From the NCBI GenBank assembly GCA_964016885.1, contig OZ024743.1, forward strand, positions 372,992,001-373,056,000: DNA of 64,000 nucleotides, given 5' to 3'. Below the pieces are notes generated by a model that worked only from the letters and a program-made list of their open reading frames with translations, did no database searches and was not told the DNA's origin. The stretch is from Eledone cirrhosa (lineage: Eukaryota). Of this stretch, positions 1 to 11,360 are shown piece by piece. The position numbers and the translations under genes are program-made. The number at the start of each line of letters is the position of its first letter. The first letter of the stretch is position 1.

Positions 1-165
1 ACACCTAGTAAATGAGTGAAATTTACTCCCATTAATATTACTATTATATATATATATATGTATATACATAGAGAGAGAGATTTACAAAATTACTATTTAA
101 AACATCACAATTCAGAAGAATGGGAATAACATTATTTATTGCGTTACACTTACACGTGTTTCATC

Positions 166-198
<33 letters not shown>

Positions 199-454
199 GA
201 TATATTTCTTTATTTGCCACAAGGGCGCACATGAAAAGGGGACAATACAAAGACACATGCCGGGGGTTTTACATACAGTCGTGTAAAAAATATAAGACAA
301 ACAATTATAGATAGAGAGAGATAGTTTTTCCTTGAAAGAAACAAGAATAGAATCATTATCAATTTGCCAAATGCCTGCCAGTTATCAAGGAATGTAAGAC
401 TAAAGATGAAGTAGAAGACTGAAGATAATGACACCAAAACAGAATCGGTAAACA

Positions 455-489
<35 letters not shown>

Positions 490-587
490 AGTAAAATTAT
501 TAATATATAGTTGAAATGAACGAACAAAACACAGGAGGCAATTGTACACAGTTATATGAGGTTCACGCTTGGTGGAAGTGGTGGAAG

Positions 588-623
588 TTTCAACGTTTCG
601 GACATAAGTCCTTCACCAGGAAA
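588..623 (-). ncRNA. Minimal type I hammerhead ribozyme motif (A6G core variant)
   Basis: Minus strand reads tttc-CTGGTGA-a-ggac ttat gtcc-GAAA-cg-TT-gaaa. It has a 4-bp stem I, a perfect stem II and the palindromic ACGU stem III typical of Penelope-associated minimal hammerheads. Confidence 0.7.
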
Positions 624-750
624 GTTCGGATAGGGGGAGAACAGGAATTATATATATATATATATACAGAGTGTCCCCTCAAAATGTATACACACTTCAA
701 CAGCAAAAAAAAAGATTCTTTAAAATAAATTTTGTATGCATGATTTAAAT

Positions 751-950
751 GGCGGTGAGGGCAGTCGATTGGCAGTATCGGTAGAGAGTCGGACACCATG
801 CTTTGCAGCATAGAGTTACGGCCCTTTATGATCTGAGTTCAAATCCCGCCGAGGTTAACTTTGCCTTTCATCCTTACGGGGTCGATAAAATAAAGTACCA
901 GTAATGCACTGGTTAATTGCTGGCCTTGTGCCAAAAGAAGAAACAATTAT
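751..950 (+). mobile_element. tRNA-derived SINE (family A)
   Basis: A-box/B-box-like head (tggcagtatcgg ... gagttcaaatccc) and conserved body actttgcctttcatccttacggggtcgataaaataaagtaccag. More than 10 copies occur in the window. Confidence 0.85.
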
Positions 951-956
951 TTAAAT

Positions 957-1150
957 GGCGGTGGATTGGCAGTATCGGTAGAAGGTCGGACGCCATGCTT
1001 TGCAGCATAGAGTTACGACCCTTCACGGTCTGAGTTCAAATCCTACCGAGGTTAACTTTGCCTTTCATCCTTAGGGGAGCTATAAAATAAAGCACCAATA
1101 ATGCACTGGGGTAATTGCTGGCCTTGTGCCAAAAATAAAAACAATTATTT
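957..1150 (+). mobile_element. tRNA-derived SINE (family A), tandem second copy
   Basis: Closely similar to 751-950 and directly head-to-tail with it. Confidence 0.85.
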
Positions 1151-1309
1151 AAATTATGTATGCATTTCGGGGTGTTTACATACAATTGAATTATGTCTGT
1201 AGATCATCTTATTTTGGGGAAGGGTTGTGCATTCTAATAAATATTCCCTGTACAGGTAACCAAAGTCTGTATACATTTTTGGTGGACACCCTGTTCATAT
1301 TAGATTAAA

Positions 1310-1446
1310 TCTCTATATATAAAATATATATTGATTAAGTTATTCTACAAAGAAAGCATAATTTATAAAATTTAAAGAGAGCATAATTTATAAAATTTAA
1401 ACGATATACATAGTTTTTTCCATATATCAAGTTGAGAAACAACTAG
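1310..1446 (+). mobile_element. Possible short non-autonomous Helitron
   Basis: A|TCTCTATATATAAAA start, subterminal hairpin agttg-agaaa-caact, CTAG|T end. Confidence 0.35.
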
Positions 1447-1454
1447 TATTATCT

Positions 1455-1492
<38 letters not shown>

Positions 1493-1669
1493 GAGAGAGA
1501 GAGAACGACGAATAATAAATGTACTCACTTAAAGAAAGAATCAACTAGATATATGGGAAAAGAAATGTATATATAGCTTAAATTTGTATATATACTTGAA
1601 CTTCTCCACCTGCATCAGCGGAATTCCATTTGCATATATATATATATATATATAAAGGAAGCCTGTACA

Positions 1670-2130
1670 GTGCACTTTACATGTAAATGGAGTGTTCCGC
1701 TGATGCAGGTGTAGAAGTTCAAGTATCTTGGGGCCGTTTTCACGAGTGATGGAAGGCAGGAATCTGAATTAAGTACAAAATTTGCAGGAGCTAGTGTAGT
1801 AATGTGTCAGCCTCAGCATTCGGTAATCAGAAGGGAGGTAGGTGTAAAAGCCAAACTAGCTATCTTCAAATCGGTTTTCGTGCCAATCCTTACCTATGGT
1901 CATGAATCTTGAATACGATCGCGAATACAAGCATCCGAAATGGGGCTCTTCCGAAGGGTGTTTGGAGTAACATTACTCAATAGAGTGCGTAGCTCGGAGA
2001 TCAGAGAGTCGCTCCAGGTAGAGCCGCTACTTCTCCGAATTCAGAGATCACAGCTCCGATACTATGGACATGTGATTAGAATGTCTCAGGAAAGAATTGC
2101 TGGACAGATTTTACGGTCCTGCACCGCTCG
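1670..2130 (+). mobile_element. Degenerate RTE-clade (Expander-like) LINE fragment
   Basis: Translates to KFKYLGAVFTSDGRQE...IFKSVFVPILTYGHES and RSQLRYYGHVIRM, with stops. Related 3' pieces lie at 40030-40300 and 62530-62800. Confidence 0.8.
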
Positions 2131-3646
2131 AACATAGAAGGAAAGCTGGCGGTGTCCAAGCCATGTTTTATGATCTCGTTGAATGCAACATAGTGTGGGA
2201 GGCGGCCAGCACTATGACGGCACGACATTTGGTGGAACTGAAGGAATCCGCAGCTTCATTTGTGAGGCTCAGAGATCCGGAGGCCGAGTCTCAGAGAAAT
2301 ACCGATGCGCAGGAAGTTGCTGTCCAGCTGATTACCAGTCGAGAGTAATGGCACAGCGTTGAGCCAGGCACCGCTGTGGAGTTGGGAGGCTGAGCGAAAG
2401 CGTGTCTGACGGTCAGTGCTGGACCTACATATAAGCTAAATCTTAAGGCTACACTTGAGTGCCTCATTAAAAAAAATATATATATATTTGTTTATCATTA
2501 GTTTTTATTCTTTAACACCCAAATCTCCAAAATGTATATAATACTTATATTATTTATTTTTTATCATTAACATTAATATAGAAAATAATGATTATATGTT
2601 TTAGAGAAGGGCCTTAAATTTCATATAGCTTAGGGCCTCAGTAGATGAAATCCTGACTCTCCAGACGATGCTGATCAAGCCGGCGTACCAGCATGTCTGA
2701 GGTCATGTTGCATTGGATGGCGTCCCGTTTGTTTTGTGGGGACTGGACGTCTACAAAAGTGAGAGGAGGATGGACGTCTGCAGGGCTATGACCGAGCTGG
2801 TTCCATGAGAAGCTTAAATACATTTCTGACTCTTCATACACACACATTGTTAGGACAATTAGATGTTTCACTTTCTAATCAAACATACACTTTTATGTGC
2901 TTGAGTAATGTTTCCCTTCGTTTGTGTGTAAAATGTGTGTGTGTGTGTATTGGTGATTTTGGACACCCTGCGGGATGAAAAGCAAATCACATCAAAAGGC
3001 GGAGGAACCCAGGAGAGTCAACGGCCATACAATAAAGCTTTTCTTCTTTTTTTGTGGAGCGAGAAACTCCTAGTCTTCATTAAGACATCTATGAGAAGGT
3101 CACTCTGATATAAAACCTGCGATTTCGTTAGCATCCAATGATGTAGACCAGTTCTTCTTTTTGAGTAAATGCATTCGATGTTCAGAGAGTGGGATTGGCT
3201 CCGTGCAAAGCCTTTCCTCACTTAAAAAAGCTTCAAGCACAGGCATCGCTTGACATGTGACATTTTTTGCGACTAAAAAACCACGTCCATGATGCACATG
3301 CTTAAGTATCAAGCGATGTCATTTCTCGAATTCGAGTTGCAGTCATCATGTATGTATGTCTTGTATGTTGTGGTTTTATTCTTCTAATTAATTTCTTACG
3401 AATAGAGAGTCTCTTTCTAACACAAAAAACAAGACATCGGAATTTAGACATCAACTAGGCAATTAAGTATGTCTGTTTGTGTGTTTTTGTATATATGTCT
3501 GTATTTGTGTGTGTGTTCATGTGCGTATGTATGTCTGTCTGTTTGTATGTGTGTGTTAATGTATGTATGTGTGTGTGTATGCAGGTATGAATGTCATTAC
3601 ATGAGTGAATCTGTATGTTTTGAATTATATATACACATTCTTATAG

Positions 3647-3975
3647 ACGGTGAATTGGTAGAGTCGTTAGAACGTCGGATAGAATGCTTTATGGTATTCG
3701 TTCTTGCTCTCTGAGTTCAAATCCCGTCGAGGTCAACTTTGCCTTTCATCATTTCGCGGTCGATAAAAAAGTACTAGTCCACTGGGGTGGATTCTTCCTC
3801 TATATCTCTTTCTCATTTTCTCTCTCCAACTTTCTATCTTTCTCTGGGAGAAATCTGCTGTACTCAGGCCTGGAAAGGGATGGGCTCCGCCAAGTTTTAA
3901 AATGCTCAAGAAATGCCGTATGTCAATACGGCGCCCCTACGACTCTATCAGAAGTTATGGGACCATACATACACG
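3647..3975 (+). mobile_element. Family A SINE followed by a repeated tail module
   Basis: SINE head and body, then gaaatctgctgtactcaggcctggaaagg...ccatacatac. The module recurs at 13140-13270 and 60290-60390. Confidence 0.7.
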
Positions 3976-4024
3976 TTTCTATGTATGCATGTATGTTTGT
4001 GTGTATGTAGGTAGGTACGTGTGA

Positions 4025-4305
4025 AGATGCTTTGTGGTTGGGGTATTCGGCTCACCATCGTATGGTGATGAGTTCGATACCCGGCGGCGCGTAGTGACCC
4101 TTTATTTTACGTTGTTCCAGTTCATTCATCTGGCAAAAATGAGTTGTGCCTGTAATTTGAAGGGCCAGCCTTGTCACATTCTGTGTCACGCTAATTCTCC
4201 CTGAGAATTACGTTAGGTGTTTGTAGAATGCTCAGATACTTGCAAGATAATTTCATGAGCAGGCTGTTCCGTTGATTGGATCAACTGGAATTCTCGTCGT
4301 CGTAT
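4025..4305 (+). mobile_element. tRNA-derived SINE (family B)
   Basis: B-box gagttcgatacc and body ctggcaaaaatgagt...cacgctaattctccctgaga. A related copy lies at 63775-64000. Confidence 0.65.
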
Positions 4306-4750
4306 CAGTGGAGGATCGGACGCCAGGCTCTGCAGCAGTTACGTCCCTTTACGGACTGAGTTCAAAACCCGCCGAGGTTAACTTTGCTTTTCATCCTTAA
4401 GGGGTCGATAAAATAAAGTACCAGTAATACACTGGGATAATTGCTGGCCTTGTGCCAAAAGTAGAAACAATTATATATATGGTGGTGGTCGATAAATAAA
4501 GTACCAGTAATGTATTAGGTAATTGCTGGCCTTGTGCCAAAAGTAGAAACAATTATATATATGGCGGTGGATTGGCAGTATCGGTAGAGGGTCGGACGCC
4601 ATGCTTTCCAGCATAGTTACGTCCCTTTACGATCTGAGTTCAAATCCCGCCGAGGTTGACTTTGCCTTTCATCCTTACGGGGTCGATAAAACAAAGTACC
4701 AGTAATGCACTGATAATTGCTGGCCTTGTGCCTAAAGTAGAAACAATTAT
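4306..4750 (+). mobile_element. Cluster of family A SINEs (partial, short and full copies)
   Basis: Three tandem 3' ends (ttgctggccttgtgccaaaagtagaaacaattat); the full copy is at 4563-4750. Confidence 0.85.
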
Positions 4751-5445
4751 ATATATGTACGTACGTATGTATTTACGTATGTATGTTTGTATGTACGTAT
4801 GTATGTACGTACGTACGTACATACATACGTATGACAGTGTACATTCATTCATTCATACATACATATGTATGAATGAATGTACACTATATACATCCATTGA
4901 TGAGCAATATCTTCATTCAGCTATGTCTCTCTAAAACTGTACATATTCTGTGAGTGAATCTTACTTAACACTTACTACTAATGTAATTAACACATTTATT
5001 TCCTTAACAACTATAATAATACGCCATCGCTGTTTGTATATTCATACATATCTCCATCTGCAGTTCTTCTCACACAAACACAATGTGTTTACTATGTAAA
5101 CTCACAGATACGTATACAAAAACTGACACACAAATACTAAAAAGATACACACATATATCTATGACGTTATAGTGAATGGGGTGATGAAACAGTATGGAGA
5201 AGAGAAGAAACACCGTTCTAAGATATGTGAATGAGTATATATATATATGTTTTCTATACCTTTCATTTATATATATATATATATATGAGAAAGAGAGAAA
5301 GAGAGAGAGAGAGCGGGGTGCTGAGGCCGCAGAGACCACAAATCATGTGAGTACTCCATACATGGGGAGATGTAGAGTGGGTATAGAGATATGTAAAATC
5401 CCGACAGGTCGAGATTTTACATATCTCTATATATATGATTTCTAC

Positions 5446-5616
5446 TATAGGTACAAGGCCAGCAATTTGGGGGAGAGGGGAAAAGTTGGTTAAATTGACT
5501 CCAGTGCATTACTGGTGCTTTATTTTACCGACCCTGTAAGGATGAAAGCTAACCTTGGCGGGATTTGAACTCTCTGCCACAAAGCAGGGTATCCGACACT
5601 CTATTGATTCTGCCAA
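5446..5616 (-). mobile_element. Family A SINE
   Basis: Reverse complement of the family A body and B-box (ggatttgaactc). Confidence 0.75.
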
Positions 5617-5738
5617 TATATATATATATATATATATAGTAATAATAATAAATTTGAAGACTAAAATCCAAAGAGGGCTCGATAAGGATAAATATATATG
5701 AACCGTAGAGCAAATATATATTAAAATAACAGATTAAA

Positions 5739-5787
5739 GTTTAAGCAAAGAATCAGTGCTTTCACCCTTAACGGGATCTTCTGAAAC
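5739..5787 (-). ncRNA. Hammerhead ribozyme motif in PLE 3' pseudo-LTR (variant core)
   Basis: Minus strand reads gttt-CAGAAGA-tccc gttaa gggt-GAAA-gca ctgattctt tgc-TT-aaac. All three stems can form; it has U4A and a U-U pair at the base of stem II. Confidence 0.55.
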
Positions 5788-6717
5788 AAACAAAGTCAAT
5801 CTGTGACGCAGAAGTAAATATTTCAAAAAACGTTGCAACCGGAGGAAGACAGGAAGACGATACTTTGGTTCGTGGAAACGTTCCCTGGCAAAGAACGGGA
5901 AAAAACGAATATAATACGTCATTATTTGGAGCGGTGAAAAACAATTACGCGCAAAGACAAAACCACGTTTATGGTATAAAAGAGGTCGTAGACTAATGTT
6001 CTCTTAGGTGGTGCATAGAGACGTTCTCTGGCAATGAACGAAAAAACGAAGATAATAAGCCATATGTGGAGCGTGGAGAACAAAAGCACGCAAAGACAAA
6101 ACCACGTAAATGGTATAGCAGAAGTCGTAGACTAAAATTCTAACTAGGAGACCAAATGAATCTCCGCTACAGAGTTAAGAACAAAGTAAATAAATACAAT
6201 ACAGAAGTAATAGAAACAAATAAATACATACACGCAAACAGATACGTACATACACAAGCACACGCAAAACCTTACCATAGGTATACAAAACCACGCACAT
6301 ATAAATATGTGTGTGTGTGTATGCTTGTGTACAAATAAATAAATAATTATATAAACGTATATAAGTAAATAAATACGTATATAACAAGCGCACACACATA
6401 CCTACATATAAATACACGAATGTTCGGAGACGTAAGTCAACTAAAACAAGAAGTACACATATACACACACCCACCATACGTACGAACCTGTATACTCACT
6501 CGGACGCAAAACTCCCGTATACACATAGCCAAACCCTAAATACCAGAATATGTAAAAATGATACGCCATAACAGTCAAATATACGTACGAGAAGGTATAC
6601 ATACCTTCACAAAACATATGGGTAATATATACTTACCTATGCAAATAAGTAAAGGAATAAACAAAACATATACTTAGCTCCCACATCAAGACGTAAAATA
6701 TCCACGTATAGATCGTG

Positions 6718-8855
6718 CTATCCGTTAGGGTATAACGTGGGGCTGTAATACAGGAAAGTTTTGTGCAATTTATGTTTACAAGCCGAAATTGCCTCAGATT
6801 TTTTGTTTAAGATGTGGTCTGTGGCGTAGAGTATTTCCAGGGCCTCAGCGGCGCAGAGGTCACATGGTCTTTTATTTCCGTTATACGATCTAGCCCTAGC
6901 TAGGATCTCCCAGTGTAACTTATATTGGGTGTGGTTGTCTTTTAGACTCCAGATATAAGCTGAAAGTGACGTCATATTCCTTCTTAGAGAGTAACGAAAA
7001 GAATGGGTATGCATGTAAAGACGCTGCTTGAAACTATTGGCGGTTAACCCTATGTAGGCCCTACGGGACGTGGGTGTTACAACCTTACATTTGTAGACAA
7101 TGTTACTAGAGAGGCTATTCCCGGATAGGGGGCAATCAGCCCGATTCCTACAATTACAGTTAGTACTAACTACAAACTACAGGGTTGCACGTGTTCCTAC
7201 GGCTAGGTAGTTTAGCTAAATTTGAAGCTGTGATGTTATGTGCAAGGTTAGGAGTCGTGGAGTAAGAAATTTTAATAGTATTTCTATTAAAAATTTTACT
7301 ATATTTATGTGTAGGGGGAAAATGCTTCGTAATAAGGGAAAGAAAGATCTTAGCTAATGGTGTGGCCACCTCCATATTATATGGTGGGTTAAACCAACAA
7401 ATGCGACGGGATCTATTTCTTCTAGGTCTATTTTCATACTCTGTATTTGCTACCTTATCGACAAATCCACTTCGAGCAAGAGCTTCATTGTAATAAGTGG
7501 AATGGTCGTTGAAAATGCGCTCGTTGGTGGAAAGACGGGAAAGCCTCAACGAAACGTTTCTTACCAGGTTCTTGGTTATGCTGGCAGGATGGTTGGAATG
7601 CTTACTTATGTAATTAAGCGTATCATTCGGCTTTCTATACAGGTAATACAACCCATTCAATAAATTGAGGGTAACGTCGAGGTAATTAACGACCGAGAGA
7701 TTGGCCTCAACCTGTATAGAGAGGTTGAAGCCTTTAAAGAAGGCTGTGAGTTCTTTTCTGAACCTGTCGCAAGCACGAGGTCCGCACTTAGTCATGGTCA
7801 AAAGACCATCGTCACGGTACAAACCACCGCCCGCGTTGGGGAATTCGTCCTTGATAGAGAAAAGAAGGAAAAGGCCAATAAGATCAGTAACCTCCGCAGA
7901 GTCACTGGCGCCCATACTCACGTCGAATGAGGTACTATTGGATTTTTTAATCCAAATAGAGTCGTCGAAATTAATCACCGACTTTCGGGCATTAAAGATG
8001 ACATCAACTTCAAAATCCTTAACCACTGTCAGTGTTTTAGCGAAATTGATAGCTCTAAGGAGAAGTGGTAAAGTGATGGAGGAGTAGTAATTGTTGATGT
8101 CGAATTGGATAAAACGGCAATGTTCCTTGTTACATATGCCGTTGAACCAATCAATCACCGCGAAAGAATTGTTCCACAGTGCGAGAGGGGCTAAACTTCT
8201 AATTTCAGGTATAATTCTATCAAGAATCGTTTTACTAAGTCTACCTAAATCGGACTTCGTAGGGTTAATAAGCCGAATAGGGGGGGTTGTTCGGAAAATT
8301 GGATTTGTGATCCTTCAGGGTAAAGTGGGGAGAGATAGGGTCCAGAGGTTCGGTCCGGTCCAGGATGTTGAGATCAGATGTGATTTTAAACCCAGCATCG
8401 TTGATTTCATTGATGACACACCGATTAGTTTTACGGTAATCCTTAGTTACAGCATTATGTAGTAGTTGATGGTAAGTACTGCGCTCCACTTGATATAGGT
8501 TGCCAGTTTTGTCGGAATGGACGTGCACGGCGTTAGAATCCTTAATAGAACGAATTTTATTCTTCAGGTCTTGCTGGAAGGAATTGCTACTATTCCGAAA
8601 TTTGATATTCCGAATGAGTTCCAAGACATCATTTTCGAAGGGTAGCAATGCTGGGTTCCACGGAGGGTTATTATAAGTTTTAAATCCAAATTTATCCCGT
8701 TTGTTGTCTGCTTTTCGCGGATTATCGAAATAAAAGGCACGCCAACGCAACCTTTTAATGAACGCGTCTGTTTTCTGTATCAGGAGTTTTAGGTATGTTT
8801 TCCTGCTTGGTACGGGTATGTTCTTTGTAGAAATATTCAGATGTTGTTTCTGCAT
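6718..8855 (-). pseudogene. PLE reverse transcriptase + GIY-YIG endonuclease, two frameshifts
   Basis: Motifs in order: STKNIPVP...FIKRLRWRAFYF, FIQFDINNYYSSI, SMGASDS, LYRDDGL, NYLDVTL, WFNPPY, linker NCNCR..CPL, then IVY..AYIG..FKQR..H, CDLC..E, LNKKSE..CKH. Lesions are one extra base in the G run at 8280-8286 and a 7-bp duplication (tgtagtt) near 7170-7183. Confidence 0.9.
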
Positions 8856-8978
8856 GATGAATATAAGTCAGTAGAGTGCTCAACCGAAGGAGCCAAATAG
8901 TAATAATAATAAAATTGAAGACTAAAATCCAAAGAGGGCTCGATAAGGAAAATATATATCAAATATATATTATATATA

Positions 8979-9046
<68 letters not shown>

Positions 9047-9191
9047 GAAGTTATATTTAATTTGTTGGGATACAACAAGCAAATATTTTTATAACTGATA
9101 TAAAGCACTCAACTATCCGGGAGCTTCCAACCGACATGGTCGCATTCTTTAAGGGTATGTCAATATTTGTTTTTAAAACTGATCTATATTA

Positions 9192-9256
9192 TATTTTATC
9201 TGATGAAAGCGCACCATAATTTGCTTTGGTGTCCTTGAAATATGTATAATGAAATA
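9192..9256 (+). ncRNA. Type I hammerhead ribozyme motif
   Basis: tattttat-CTGATGA-aagcgcacca...tggtgtcctt-GAAA-tatgta-TA-atgaaata. It has an 8-bp stem I, a long stem II and a near-palindromic stem III. Confidence 0.75.
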
Positions 9257-9619
9257 AATATGGTTTTATAAATATAGTTTCCATTTCTTAATATATTATA
9301 TATATATATATATATTTATATATTTATATATATACAATCACATGACGTATGCAATACGATTATATATATATACAAATATAGAGATATGTAAAATCCCGAC
9401 CGATCGGGATTTTACATACCTCTCTCTATATATATGCCAGTAACTCTATATCTGTATATATAAGTTAGTAACTCTTTAGGCATTTCCTATCCAATAAGTT
9501 CAAAATTAAGTTTAGTGATGTATGAAACAAACTGAAACAAAACGAAAAAAACAAAAAAAAGATTCATTTGATACAATCATTTGACTTTGATGAATAAAGT
9601 ATAAATATTGTGTACAAAA

Positions 9620-10342
9620 TTATGTGTGGTTACTGCTTTGAAGGGGGAATCGAAACCCCAGAGTCGAAATCAATACGGGACCTGGGTATTGAGATGAGAA
9701 ATAATGCATCGTTTCATTTACACATCACCAAAACAATGGCAATACGCAGACGACTGGCTGGTTGGATTCTGAAGACATTCAGAAAAAGAGACTCAGAAAC
9801 CATGTTGGTCCTCTGGAGGACTTTCGTCCTCAGCCGAATTGACTATTGCTCTCAGCTGTGGTTGCCCCACAGTGTCAAACTAACTGCAGAACTTGAGGCA
9901 ATCCAACGAAGCTACATCAAGAGGATTGCCTCAATGAAAGAGATAAGCTACTGGGAGAAGTTGAAGAAATTTAAGCATTAAAGGCAGGCCCAGCCCACGA
10001 ACATGACGTCACTGTGTAGTACCAAAAGGCCCCATCCGTCGCATCGAGAATAAGGATCACATACTGCAATAGCCCGGGGTTCAAGAGACCCCAGCTTTTT
10101 AATAAGCTGCCAAAAAATCTGAGAGATCTACATAGCCTGCATGTAAATGTTTTCAAGAGATATCTAGATATTCTACTGACCAAGATCCCGGATGAACCCA
10201 CAGCACGAGGCGAGGCTCAAATACGAGCAGCAGCAACAAGCTCCCTTTTGCATTAATGGCCAACCAGGGAAAGCTGACTATAGAAAGTGTAGCTTCGGTG
10301 GCGGTGCTCCAGCATGGCCTCAGCCCCTCGGCTGGAACGCAA
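9620..10342 (+). mobile_element. CR1-group LINE 3' fragment
   Basis: IRDLGI...WILKTF...LSRIDYCSQLW.P aligns with the ORF2 C-terminus at 50278-51000. The 3' end ggtgctccagcatggcctcagcc also appears reversed near 33440-33470. Confidence 0.85.
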
Positions 10343-10417
10343 ATATATATAAATATATATGTGTGTGGTGTGTGTGTTTACGTAATACATTAGTAAAGTA
10401 TAAACATCAAGTTTAAA

Positions 10418-10528
10418 GTAGAAATAGCTTCTACAGGGCTAGAACTGTTTCATTCAAAAGAAGTCATCAGGAAAGCCCTGATGATTTTTTTTATGAAACA
10501 GTTCTAGTTATGTAGAAGTTATTTCTAC
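10418..10528. ncRNA. 111-bp imperfect palindrome made of two divergent hammerhead motifs
   Basis: Minus 10474-10428 reads tttc-CTGATGA-cttc tttt gaat-GAAA-cag ttctagcc ctg-TA-gaag. The plus arm from 10478 has CTGATGA..GAAAC..GTA with a decayed stem II. Confidence 0.65.
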
Positions 10529-10589
10529 GCACGCACGCACACACACACACACAGACACACAGACACACAGACAGAGAGAGAGATATGAT

Positions 10590-10885
10590 AGATTTCGGCC
10601 AGTATTGGCCCAGGCTATGTCTATGTTTTGGGAACCATGACCCACTCTAGTAAAGCGTTATTGCTTTCAAAGACATATCCGGGTATAGAGGGTTATCCAG
10701 AATTCCTTAGAGGAATATGTCTAGGAACATTTTGAATTTTATTGCATCTGATTCTGTTCTGATGTGTTTTTGGTATGGTATTAAAGAGAGCGGGACCAGT
10801 TGAGGTGAGATAGTTGTGCTGTAATGTTATGAGATGCGAGTTTGATTTTTGTAGTGGCCAGATAGTACGGGACTTTGGGTAGATT
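10590..10885 (-). mobile_element. 3' fragment of the same LINE family as 50191-54950
   Basis: ggccagtattggcccaggctatgtcta matches 50218-50244. Translation includes TLQHNYLTSTGPALFNTIP. Confidence 0.85.
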
Positions 10886-11350
10886 TTAATATATATATAT
10901 ATTATAGCCAACCTCAGTCTCCTCTGTGTCACTTTTGAGCTGACTTTTGGGATGCTCCCATACAGCTCTGAGTTTTTCATCCTCAGTGTATACTGATTAA
11001 TGTTCAGAGCCATCCTCAGCATTCTCGTGTAGCACCCATCCACCATCTGAGTGAGTTTCTTGGTCAGTGTCCAAGTCTCAGACCCGTACAGCAGCACAAT
11101 CAAAAGTCACAGAGGAGACTGAGGTTGGCTGGACATGCTCACCGACATCCAGAGTTGACATTGCACTCAGTGCTCCTGTGGGAGCCCCTACATGGACACA
11201 CTAGAAGAGGAAGACCAAGGTTAACGTATGTTGATGCCCTAAGGACAGACACTGGTCTGTTGGAGACGCAGGACATGGCAGCGATAATGAGGGACAGAGG
11301 CCGCTGGAGAGAACTCGTCCATGGATCTCGGAAATTTTACCCGCCTTAGA
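10885..11350. mobile_element. RTE LINE 3' fragment with inverted 5' part
   Basis: Minus 11100-10885 encodes LLYGSETWTLT...RRLRLA; plus 11102-11349 continues LRLAGHAHRHPE...RRGRPRLTY...RWR. Confidence 0.85.
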
Positions 11351-11360
11351 TAGATATATT

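Larger units (their letters stand above)
667..1293. mobile_element. Tc1/mariner-type MITE with two SINEs inserted
   Basis: Inverted termini cagagtgtcccctcaaaatgtatac / gtatacatttttggtggacaccctg, preceded by TA. The same termini occur at 13567-13640. Confidence 0.65.
5639..8958 (-). mobile_element. Near-complete Penelope-like retroelement (probably Naiad type) with pseudo-LTR
   Basis: RT plus C-terminal GIY-YIG coding region, ~60 bp direct repeat at both ends (5639-5698 and 8899-8958), a hammerhead motif in the 3' pLTR, and (TA)n flanks. Confidence 0.9.

Noticed and set aside
751-850. tRNA genes
   Set aside because: The A/B boxes belong to SINE heads and no complete cloverleaf forms.
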